Of a DNA stretch of 64,000 nucleotides, positions 26,045-37,420 are shown piece after piece. Made by a program: the position numbers and the translations under genes. Origin of the DNA: Eledone cirrhosa (taxonomy: Eukaryota); assembly GCA_964016885.1 (NCBI GenBank), contig OZ024756.1, positions 38,378,001 through 38,442,000 on the forward strand. Direction: 5' to 3'. Below the pieces are notes generated by a model. It saw only the letters and a list, made by a program, of their open reading frames with translations. It made no database searches and was not told the DNA's origin. Numbering within the stretch: the first letter of the stretch is position 1; each line of letters starts with the position of its first letter.

Positions 26045-26705
26045 AATAATAATGAAATTATTGTATACAGTGCTCAGGTGCACTACAACTCATCAAAGGT
26101 GCATGTATAGTACATAGAATAATGTTCAAATGTCAGGAAAATGAACAGTGTACGAGTTATGAAATACACGTGTGCCTGTGTATGAAAGGAGGACATCAGG
26201 TGTAGTGTTGGCAAATTTCAGCAAGCACGAAGGTTTTAAAGGATGCAGTGTCTCGGCAGCTAACAACTGCGCAGGTAGTTTGTTCCACGGAGGTTTTAAA
26301 GGATGCAGTGTCTCGACAGCTAACAACTGATGCAGGTAGTTTGTTCCATGCTTCAGCAACTCTGAGCGTGAAAAAATGTTTCCGAAAGTCATGGGAACTG
26401 TGCCATTTTCTGAATTTGTAGGCATGCCCACGTGTGTTCGACACATGGAAATCAAAAAGGTGCTCATAGTTGTTGTTGTTGGCATGATGGTTAATAATTT
26501 TGTGGGTGTTTACCAAGTCAGTTGCCAGACGTCGGAGCTTCAATGTATCCATGCCCGGGGAAGCAAAGCATTCAGAGTGTGGTAGATACCTGATGGAGGG
26601 TAATCGCTTGGTTGCATGTCTCTGAACAGTTTCCAGGTGGTCAATGTTCTGAGCAAGATAGGGGTTCCAGACTGGTGATGCAAATTCTAAGTGTGGTCGC
26701 ACCAC
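26045..26705 (-). mobile_element. CR1-clade LINE 3' fragment with tail
   Basis: VRPHLEFASPVWNPY...LETVQRHATK...LKLRRL..DL...KII...TRGH...RKHFFTLRVAEAWNKLP is the CR1 ORF2 C-terminus; the 3' tail (tttgatgagttgtagtgcacctgagcactgta...attatt) recurs at ~16555-16615 and 28445-28500. Confidence 0.9.
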
Positions 26706-27159
26706 TCACATAATATCTCACATACCATTTACATCATTTTGAAAAGAATTTAAAGGTATATTGTAAAATAACTAACTTGTCCATTATTAATCTGATGTTT
26801 AGAATAACAAACATTCTAATATAAAATTATGATGGAATGATATAATATAAATATGAACACTTTAAAATTGTTTTGTATCGCAGTACTAGAGACATATTTC
26901 AGGTGGTTTGATGCCAAAAGTTTCACAGAAACAACGACATTTACTACTCGGCCAACAAATGTCACATCAACAACAGCAACAACACCACCACAATCACCAT
27001 CGCCAACAACACCATCATCACCACTACTAAAACCAACAGCAACAACACCATCATCACCATTACTAAAATCAACAGCAACAACACCATCACCACCACCACC
27101 ACAATCATCACCATCACCACGCTTGGAATACTGGGATCACTAGCAGATAGAAGAGGTTA

Positions 27160-27690
27160 CTACTGATGGTGATGGTGTAATGGTGATGATGGTGTAATGG
27201 TGATGATGATGGTGTGATGATGATGATGATGGTGTGATGGTGATGATGATGGTGATGATAGTGATGGTGATGATGCTGTGATGGTGATGGTGATGGTGTG
27301 ATGGTGATGATGATGGTGATGGTGATGATGCTGTGATGGTGATGATGCTGTGATGGTGATGATGATGGTGTAATGGTGATGATGGTGTGATGGTGATGAT
27401 GCTGTGATGATGATGGTGATGATGATGGTGATGATGCTGATGTGATGTTGTGATGGTGATGATGGTGTGATGGTGATGATGCTGTGATGGTGATGGTGGT
27501 GATGGTGATGATGGTGATGGTGTGATGGTGATGATGCTGTGATGGTGATGATGCTGTGATGGTGATGATGCTGTGATGGTGATGGTGATGATGATGGTGA
27601 TGATGGTGTGATGGTGATGGTGATGATGATGGTAATGGTGATGATGCTGTGATGGTGTGATGGTGATGGTCATCATCATCATCATCATCA
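27160..27690. repeat. (GAT/GGT)n low-complexity repeat
   Basis: Direct reading. Confidence 0.9.
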
Positions 27691-27734
27691 TGCTTAGTTT
27701 GGCAAAGTATAGGAACAGCCATAATAATAATAAT

Positions 27735-27925
27735 AATTGTTTCTACTTTTGGCACAAGGCCAGCAATTATCCCAGTGCATTACTGGTACTTTATTTTATC
27801 GACCCCGTAAGGATGAAAGGCAAAGTTAACCTCGGCAGGATTTGAACTCAGAATGGCAAGGGCCGTAACTCTATGCTGCAAAGCATGGTGTCCGAGCCTC
27901 TACCGATACTGCCAATCCACCGCCA
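27735..27925 (-). mobile_element. tRNA-derived SINE, full length
   Basis: Near-identical to the 48406 copy. Confidence 0.88.
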
Positions 27926-28966
27926 TAATAATAATAATAATGGTTTCTGATTTAACCACAAGGCCAGCAAATTTTTTTTTTTTGGGGGGGGGGGATGTTT
28001 AATTTGCCACCAGTATATGACTGATATCATATTTTATCGACCCCCTAAAAGGATGAAAGGCTACTAATCCTTCGTCTCATTCTCCGATGACTCAACCAAT
28101 CCACCATTTCTTTTAATAATAATTCTTTCTACAATTGTCACAAGGAAAGCAATTTGTGGTTGGAAGCGGAAAGTTGATTACATTGACCCAAGTATTTAAC
28201 TGGTACTTTTATTTCATTGACCATGGAAGGATGAAAGGTAAAGTTGACCTCAATAAGATTTGAACTCAACATAAAGATTCAAAACAAATACCACAAAGAC
28301 TTTTGTCTGCATGCTCTACCAATTCTGCCAATCCAACAAATAAAAATGTTATGACAAAATATTTGAACAATAGGGAATTCTAAGTTTAATCCTTTCATTA
28401 CTATATTTCTAAACATTTGTACATTATTCTATGTACTATACATACACCTTTGATGAGTTGCAGTGCACCTGAGCACTGTACACAATAATTTCATTATTAT
28501 TTAAAACACTGCCTTAATTTTCAAGTTTGAAAAATAACCATGAATGTGAATGGATTTAGAACAATAAAGTTCTTGTTATTAAGCTACTGTTTGGAACATA
28601 ACTTAACAAAGGTTTTTACATAAAATTACAATAGAAAGCTTTTAGATAAATATAAACATTTAAACCTTTTGTTACTATATTTCTAATGTAAGTCACTGCC
28701 GTTAATTTTCAAGTCATTTTGAAAATTAACGAAGAATTTGATGAGATTCGGTACCTGGAACTGTTCATATCAGTCACACACACACATACCTGTACACAAT
28801 TAACACACATACACACTTGTATAGAGTAAGTGCACACACAAACACACCTGAAAGATGTGTAGCCACAGTCTACACACACACACACACAAACACACCTGAA
28901 AGATGTGTAGCCAGTCTACACACACACACACAGATACATTTGAAGAAAGAAATGTTTAAAACTTAC

Positions 28967-28981
28967 CTTTTTCCTTTTTAA
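28967..28981 (-). CDS. Exon 4: 15-nt microexon, stalk linker (IKKEK)
   Basis: Acceptor ctgttgtttcag, donor G|GTAAGT; sequence TTAAAAAGGAAAAAG preserves frame (phase 1-1). Confidence 0.8.
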
Positions 28982-29094
28982 CTGAAACAACAGACAGGAG
29001 AACAAAATCAATATAAAAATATATCAATCAACAAAGTTAATACTGAAATAATATCTGTATTACAATATTAATGACATCAATAATGATAATAGGT

Positions 29095-29525
29095 TTGTGT
29101 GACACTGTAACACCTGTGTGACATTAACACCTGTGTCCAGGCCTGTGTGACAGTTACACCTGTGTCAGGCCTGTGTGACAGTTACACCAGTGCTAAGCAT
29201 TGGTGACAGTTATACCTCTGTGACACAGTTACACCAGTGTCAGATCTCTGTGACACAGTTACACCTGTGTCAGGTCTCTGTGACACAGTTACACCAGTGT
29301 CAGGTCTCTGAGACACAGTTACACTAGTGTCAGGTCTGTGTGACACAGTTACATCAGTGTCCGGTATGTGTGACACAGTTACACCTGTGTCAGGTCTCTG
29401 TGACACAGTTACACCTGCGTCAGGTCTCTGTGACACAGTTACACCTGTGTCAGGTCTGTGACACAGTTACACCTGCGTCAGGTCTGTGACACAGTTACAC
29501 CTGCGTCAGGTCTCTGTGACACCTT
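29095..29525. repeat. ~30-bp minisatellite TGTGACACAGTTACACCTGTGTCAGGTCTC
   Basis: Direct reading. Confidence 0.9.
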
Positions 29526-30076
29526 CATGAGTTACAAGGATTGCCCATGTTGGACACAAGTCTGGCCAGAATTGGACACACCATACTTTGCTCTGACTGT
29601 AAATTTGGCCGGGATTTTACCTGGATTAACAAAGGTTCTTTCATAAAATTATAATTGTTTCTACTTTAGGCACAAGGCCAGCAATTACCCAGTGCATTAC
29701 TGGTACTTTATTTTATCGACCCCGTAAGGGTGAAAGGCAAAGCTAACCTCAGCGGGATTTGAACTCAGATAAAATTATAATGGATGGTTTTAGATAAATA
29801 TAAACATTTTAAAACAAAGTATTCTATCATTGAAGCAGGGTCAGTCAGGGTCAGTTCAACATCAAAAAGGTTAATAATTGTTTCTACTTTAGGCACAAGG
29901 CCAGCAATTTGAAGGGAAGGAGGAAAGTCGATTAAATCAACCCCAGTAAGTTACTGGTATTTTATTTTATCGACCCTGTAAGGAGCTAACCTCAGCGGGA
30001 TTTAAAAAAGGTTAATAACCAAGCCATATAAATTTTAACAGGAACTGTATCAGTAAATCAATAATTCACTACTTAC

Positions 30077-30421
30077 TAATATTATAGATCCTCGTTAATG
30101 ATACATCTCCAACAGAATTATTTACACTACACTTTATGGCTAGCTTCATTTCTCTGTTGGGGTAATATTTCAAACTAATTTTCTGTTTGCTCTGACACGA
30201 ATCCTCAATAAGTTTCGGTTCAGATCCAGAGACGTTTGCTGTAATGACACTAAATGTATCGGGCTTGCTAATATCATTGGTGATGAGCCACCTGGCTTGG
30301 CCAGGTGGGCTACCAATATTGGAAGCACATATCAAATGAATCTGTTTGCCTACTGTTGACTCTATTTCCTCTTTAGGCAGAAGAATGAAGTTAGAACGAA
30401 TCTCAACATTGCCAGGTGGAG
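30077..30421 (-). CDS. Exon 3: Ig C2-like domain (APPGNVEI...LICASNIGSPPGQARW...IKCSVNN...RIYNI)
   Basis: Acceptor tttctatttcag, donor A|GTAAGT; 345 nt open, phase 1-1; C-x(4)-G-x-P-P-x(4)-W and C-x-V-x-N pattern typical of C2-set (CD80-like) Ig domains. Confidence 0.92.
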
Positions 30422-30493
30422 CTGAAATAGAAAGAAGAAATAAGACAGTGATGTTAATAATTTCAGACATTGTTGGGATTTGAACCTGCAACT

Positions 30494-31460
30494 CTAACAC
30501 TATGGACATCTGGTTAGAATGTCTCAGGAAAGAATCTCTGTTGAGGGATCACAGCTCTAACACTATGGACATCTGGTTAGAATGTCTCAGGAAAGAATCT
30601 CTGTTGAGGGATCACAGCTCCAACACTATGGACATCTGGTTAGAATGTCTCAGGAAAGAATCTCTGTTGAGGGATCACAGCTCTAACACTATGGACATCT
30701 GGTTAGAATGTCTCAGGAAAGAATCTCTGTTGAGGGATCACAGCTCCAACACTATGGACATCTGGTTAGAATGTCTCAGGAAAGAATCTCTGTTGAGGGA
30801 TCACAGCTCCAACACTATGGACATCTGGTTAGAATGTCTCAGGAAAGAATCTCTGTTGAGGGATCACAGCTCCAACACTATGGACATCTGGTTAGAATGT
30901 CTCAGGAAAGAATCTCTGTTGAGGGATCACAGCTCCAACACTATGGACATCTGGTTAGAATGTCTCAGGAAAGAATCTCTGTTGAGGGATCACAGCTCCA
31001 ACACTATGGACATCTGGTTAGAATGTCTCAGGAAAGAATCTCTGTTGAGGGATCACAGCTCCAACACTATGGACATCTGGTTAGAATGTCTCAGGAAAGA
31101 ATCTCTGTTGAGGGATCACAGCTCCAACACTATGGACATCTGGTTAGAATGTCTCAGGAAAGAATCTCTGTTGAGGGATCACAGCTCCAACACTATGGAC
31201 ATCTGGTTAGAATGTCTCAGGAAAGAATCTCTGTTGAGGGATCACAGCTCCAACACTATGGACATCTGGTTAGAATGTCTCAGGAAAGAATCTCTGTTGA
31301 GGGATCACAGCTCCAACACTATGGACATCTGGTTAGAATGTCTCAGGAAAGAATCTCTGTTGAGGGATCACAGCTCCAACACTATGGACATCTGGTTAGA
31401 ATGTCTCAGGAAAGAATCTCTGTTGAGGGATCACAGCTCCAACACTATGGGCATGTGGTT
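30494..31460 (+). repeat. 63-bp minisatellite (~15 copies) amplified from RTE-like LINE coding sequence
   Basis: Unit reads VEGSQLQHYGHLVRMSQERIS and runs directly into the LINE remnant HYGHVVRMSGERIAGHILQVKPTGRGPRGRP (to ~31700). Confidence 0.92.
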
Positions 31461-32561
31461 AGAATGTCTGGGGAAAGAATCGCTGGACATATTTTACAGG
31501 TAAAACCAACCGGTAGGGGACCCAGGGGTAGACCCACCCTGAGCAAGATGGTTGGATAACACCCATGAGCTTGGATGGTCGTGCTTGGGGATCCAACCGG
31601 ATCAGTTGGAGACAGCTTCCTCTAACAGGACCCACTAGTAGGAGTGTTTGAGGACTTTGCCTCCACGACCCTCTCAGAAATAAGTGGGCGAAGAAGAAGG
31701 TTGGGAGTTCAGTGTACCCACACTGTGTATATTTGATTTATAATTGGTATAATATATATCTTGCAATCTTTCACTAATTTTGGTAGATTGCAGCAATGCC
31801 GAGAGCAGTGGCTTGATTTAGTTGATCATATCAATCACAATATTTATTTTTTCAAGTCGGGTACTTATTTTATTGATTCCATTTTTGCTGAAACCTCGAA
31901 GTTAAATGCAACACAAAGGTAAACACAGAGATAGATGCGTACATAGATACACACACATGTACAGGGATTGGAGACATAGATCTAGAGTGTGGAGGTATAA
32001 GTACGTGGATGAAGGGTGGAGTGCTATGACGTATATTTATATATATTGGGTATGAATCGAAGTTGTAGCTGCAACATAGCAGGTAGTGAGTTGTTTGAGG
32101 CAATCACAAAGCACTCAATGGATCGAGAAGTTAAAATATTATCATCCAGAGCAATCATAACAGTAACAAAGTGATACCAAGAAACACAACCAAATGTAGA
32201 GGCCATACTTATATCACAACTAACAATACAGAAAGGTCGAAGCCGTCCAACATTTACTACCTTTTTATGTCGTGTAATTTAGAAGTTTGACAACAGTCTG
32301 AACACAGCAGTCGAAGAGAGAGAGAGGGGGGTGACTATATAAAGGAAGAATTTATTCCAGTATTAAACTGCTACTTTATCAACTTCGAAAAGACAAAATG
32401 CAAAATTGATTTCAGTGGGATTTGAACTCAGAATGCAGAGAGCCGGAGTAAATACCATAAAGTATTCTATCCAATGCTCAGACAACTCTGACAATTTGAA
32501 ACTTCAGTAAAAGAATAAAATAAACATAAAAACGTTTTAAAAAAATAAGCTTACAACTCAC

Positions 32562-32882
32562 CTTTAACGCGTATGTCGAGAGGATCTGATTGATACGTAA
32601 TACCATTTTGTTTTGCTAAACAAGTAAAGGTGCCATTGTCACTACAAGTCAATGGGTTGATGTCTATCAGCAGACTGTACATGCCACCATTTTTCTCTTC
32701 CTTATGTTTCCAGTGACTCACTGAAGGGTCAAGAAATTTAACATTGGGATCAGTTTTGACCAATTCATCTAAGCCTCGTTTTATAATCCACATCTCGACG
32801 TTTGAGGTGTCATTTACATGGCACCTTATTTGTAAACTACCTCCAACAGTATTGTTTTTTGAGACATATTCAAAAATTAAAC
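32562..32882 (-). CDS. Exon 2: Ig V-like domain (GLIFEYVSKNNTVGGSLQIRCHV...EMWII...LTCSDNGTFTCLAKQNGITYQSDPLDIRVK)
   Basis: Acceptor ttttcttccag, donor G|GTGAGT; 321 nt open, phase 1-1; canonical Ig B-strand Cys, C-strand Trp and DxGxF/YxC motif. Confidence 0.92.
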
Positions 32883-33889
32883 CTGGAAGAAAAATAAAAA
32901 ATAAAAAGTATTATTATTATTATTGTTATAAATAAATAAGTTAAGGATTTAGTAAAATAACTAACATTCCCTAATTTTAAACTGATATTTAGAACAAGAA
33001 AATAGAAAGAGCTAAAAATATGAACAGTTTCATTTAACCAATTACCATTTACATTATATATTACTATAATATTTTCATGGTAAAGGCTTTACCTCACATA
33101 ATATCTCACATATATACTATTATACCTCACATAATATCTCTATATATACTATTATATTTTCATGGTAAAGGCTTTATCTCACATAATATCTCACATAATA
33201 TCAAAGCCACAAGATTTTGATATAATTTATTTTACATTACAGAGTGTACTTGGTTCATTTTATAATGACACCAACACTACCACTTTACAGAGTGTACTGG
33301 GTGTATTTTATCATGACACCAACACTACCACTTTACAGAGTGAACTGGGTGTATTTTCTTGTAACACACCAACATCAGGTTGATTGTTCTGTTATTGTGC
33401 ATGTCATAAAACACCATTTAATGTCAGTTCTCCCTGCTATATTATCAGTTTATTAAGGCTGATTCAGTGACCTGTAATTTTGAAGTTTCCTCTACATGCT
33501 ACAGATTCTTCAGACAAAGACTTCTTCAACAGGTCACTGGATCAGCCTTAACCAAACTATACCAGGGTAATGAGTACTTATTTCTGCATTTGTTAATACT
33601 AAACATACACACACACTATATGTGTATAAACAGACCCATAAATATGTATACAAAATACATACTCCTTCCTTGATACTATACACATATTTACATTGCAGCA
33701 TTCCTCACACACACATCTATAACAAATAGACTTTAACACTGAGGACCTTTGTCAACACAAATGGCTTTCAAAAAATACTTATTTGTAAGTGTTAGGAAAA
33801 TATATCTACAATAACAAACGGCTTGTATCACTAAACACCCACAAACATATGTATGACGTAGATAGAGATACCCTCAGAAATACCTACAG

Positions 33890-33924
<35 letters not shown>

Positions 33925-33925
<1 letters not shown>

Positions 33926-34793
33926 TTAAAGTGTACGATAAACACGAAATGTGTTTACATTGCAACAGACAAAGTTAGCTATTAATGAAATAAACTAATA
34001 AAAGTGAATACAATTTGTCTGTCTCGATATAAGTCAATAAAGACAATATTATATTGGCAACAGCCATGATTCCTGGACATATTTAAATTTCAAAATTCAA
34101 ACCTGTTCTGTAGACGAATTTGAACCTCGAAACCCAAATAAGTTTCGCAACGGTGGAATGTGAATTGAAAAATACTCGGAAGAGACCCTTCCTGGAGCTT
34201 AATTATTGTAAATGACTGAGAGTTTATTCTCAAAATATAATATAATGTATTGCTCCTTTATTGTATGAGCTGATCCTTAATCCTGCATAAGCGGCTGTTA
34301 TTTCTAGCACCGTGAATGTGGGATAGCTAGTTTTGGCCTGCCTACCCACGTGTAGTCAGTCCTGCAAAATTTTTGATGTGTGATAAACTAATCTTACTGG
34401 ATTCCTGTTGATAAGCACAGAAGATTTGGGTATTTCACTCTTTTATTTCTATTCCATTTCGATTCTCTTTATTTTTCAATTCACATTCCACCGTTGCGAA
34501 ACTTATTTGGGTTTCGAGGTTCAAATTCGTCTACAGAACAGGTTTGAATTTTGAAATTTAAATATGTCCAGGAATCATGGCTGTTGCCAATATAATATTG
34601 TCTTTATTGACTTATATCGAGACAGACAAATTGTATTCACTTTTATTAGTTTATTTCATTAATAGCTAACTTTGTCTGTTGCAATGTAAACACATTTCGT
34701 GTTTATCGTACACTTTAAATGTATTAACTGCTCGGAAGAGACCCTTCCTGGAGCTTAATTATTGTAAATGACAGAGTTTATTCTCAAAATATA

Positions 34794-34800
<7 letters not shown>
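33925..34800. mobile_element. Composite element: ~250-bp inverted repeat (33925-34174 / 34470-34719) plus ~72-bp direct repeat (34175-34247 / 34731-34800), flanked by (TA)n
   Basis: Arms read as near-perfect reverse complements. Confidence 0.8.
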
Positions 34801-34832
<32 letters not shown>

Positions 34833-35317
34833 ATAGACATAGACATACACACACAGAAACAGATATACACACACACACATATATATAGACATAGACATAC
34901 ACACACAGAAACAGATATACACACACACATATATATATAGAGATAGACATAGACATACACACACACAGAAACAGACACACACATATATACATGGATAGAC
35001 AGAGACATACACACACAGACACACACATATACATGGACATACACACACACAGAAAGACACACACACAAATATATATGGACATACATGGATAGACACACAC
35101 ACACGCAGAGAAACAGATACACACACATATGCAGACACACAGACAGACAGACACATATACACAGATGTACACATACACAAAGACACAGAAACAGATAGAG
35201 CCAGAAAAATCTACATATATACACCACACAGACACATACATTGAGGTATATCCACAGGCCCACACACACACAGATACACCCAGGCCCACACCCACAGGCA
35301 CACCCAGGCCCACACCC

Positions 35318-36822
35318 GCACCCAGCACACCCTGCAAAGTGGCTGTGTGGGTGTTGTGACAAAAAGCACCCAGCACACCCTGCAAAGTGGCTGTGTGGGT
35401 GTTGTGACAAAAAGCACCCAGCACACCCTGCAAAGTGGCTGTGTGGGTGTTGTGACAAAAAGCACCCAGCACACCCTGCAAAGTGGCTGTGTGGGTGTTG
35501 TGACAAAAAGCACCCAGCACACCCTGCAAAGTGGCTGTGTGGGTGTCGTGACAAAAAGCACCCAGCACACCCTGCAAAGTGGCTGTGTGGGTGTCATGAC
35601 AAAAAGCACCCAGCACACCCTGCAAAGTGGCTGTGTGGGTGTTGTGACAAAAAGCACCCAGCACACCCTGCAAAGTGGCTGTGTGGGTGTTGTGACAAAA
35701 AGCACCCAGCACACCCTGCAAAGTGGCTGTGTGGGTGTTGTGACAAAAAGCACCCAGCACACCCTGCAAAGTAGTTGTGTGGGTGTTGTGACAAAAAGCA
35801 CCCAGCACACCCTGCAAAGTGGCTGTGTGGGTGTTGTGACAAAAAGCACCCAGCACACCCTGCAAAGTGGCTGTGTGGGTGTTGTGACAAAAAGCACCCA
35901 GCACACCCTGCAAAGTGGCTGTGTGGGTGTTGTGACAAAAAGCACCCAGCACACCCTGCAAAGTGGCTGTGTGGGTGTTGTGACAAAAAGCACCCAGCAC
36001 ACCCTGCAAAGTGGCTGTGTGGGTGTTGTGACAAAAAGCTCCCAGCACACCCTGCAAAGTGGCTGTGTGGGTGTTGTGACAAAAAGCACCCAGCACACCC
36101 TGCAAAGTGGCTGTGTGGGTGTTGTGACAAAAAGCACCCAGCACACCCTGCAAAGTGGCTGTGTGGGTGTTGTGACAAAAAGCACCCAGCACACCCTGCA
36201 AAGTGGCTGTGTGGGTGTTGTGACAAAAAGCACCCAGCACACCCTGCAAAGTGGCTGTGTGGGTGTTGTGACAAAAAGCACCCAGCACACCCTGCAAAGT
36301 GGCTGCGTGGGTGTTGTGACAAAAAGCACCCAGCACACCCTGCAAAGTGGTTGTGTGGGTGTTGTGACAAAAAGCACCCAGCACACCCTGCAAAGTGGTT
36401 GTCTGGGTGTTGTGACAAAAAGCTCCCAGCACACCCTGCAAAGTGGTTGTGTGGGTGTCGTGACAAAAAGCACCCAGCACACCCTGCAAAGTGGTTGTGT
36501 GGGTGTCGTGACAAAAAGCACCCAGCACACCCTGCAAAGTGGTTGTGTGGGTGTCGTGACAAAAAGCACCCAGCACACCCTGCAAAGTGGTTGTGTGGGT
36601 GTCGTGACAAAAAGCTCCCAGCACACCCTGCAAAGTGGTTGTGTGGGTGTCGTGACAAAAAGCTCCCAGCACACCCTGCAAAGTGGTTGTGTGGGTGTCG
36701 TGACAAAAAGCTCCCAGCACACCCTGCAAAGTGGTTGTGTGGGTGTCGTGACAAAAAGCTCCCAGCACACCCTGCAAAGTGGTTGTGTGGGTGTCGTGAC
36801 AAAAAGCACCCAGCATACCCTG
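35318..36822. repeat. 48-bp minisatellite CACCCAGCACACCCTGCAAAGTGGYTGTGTGGGTGTYGTGACAAAAAG, ~31 copies, SINE-derived
   Basis: Direct reading; the unit resembles the SINE segment at 13640-13750 (reverse complement) and the array continues into that SINE's body and tail (36820-36975). Confidence 0.95.
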
Positions 36823-36999
36823 TAAATGTGGTTAGCATGAGAAGGTCATTCAGCTGTAGAAACCAAGTCAAAATCAGTTGTGTGTGAGCAAAACACAGGC
36901 CTTCGACCAGGATCTCTCAATGGGACAGTCCGTCCTACCCATGCTAGTGTGGAAAATGGACATTAAACAATGATGATCATGTCAAAACAGGGAAGTTCT

Positions 37000-37420
37000 T
37001 GTCTGCATTTGGAATAAAGGCCCTGACTGACCTAAGATCTTGATAGAAAGCCACGATAGATTCTTTGCTGCTGTCAAGCTTGGGAGAATAAATAAAAAAG
37101 ACAGCCATGAAATGGTTACATGGAGCTTAAGCACATGGTTCTATTACAAAAACCTTGAGACTGTTCTAGTTGATTGGTTAACTCTGTTCAAATGGCAAAA
37201 CCAACATTCCCCCCTTCGTTTTACACCCTTTGGCTTACCCTTCCAGAAGCAGGTGTACCAAGCACCTGTTTCTCTCAACTGGTCATCACTCAAACAGGTT
37301 TCTCAGAGTGCTACAATGCTGTACCAAGTTAATTCTTTTGTTATTATGTCAGTTCATCATTCGGGGGTACTCAACACTTCGCAATCAAGAAGTGTCCTCA
37401 CATTCCATGTTCCCACCCTT
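37000..37420 (-). mobile_element. RTE-type LINE APE endonuclease fragment (pseudogenised)
   Basis: Minus translation GTWNVRTLLD...IVAL*ET...YTCFWKG...GNVGFAI with in-frame stops. Confidence 0.8.

Noticed and set aside
26853-27755. Mucin-like Thr/Pro/Ser and poly-His ORFs
   Set aside because: Trinucleotide low-complexity sequence without splice support; the mucin-like frame is on the strand opposite to the gene.
34759-36887. Cys/His-rich repeat proteins in six frames
   Set aside because: Products of a 48-bp SINE-derived minisatellite plus (CA)n.
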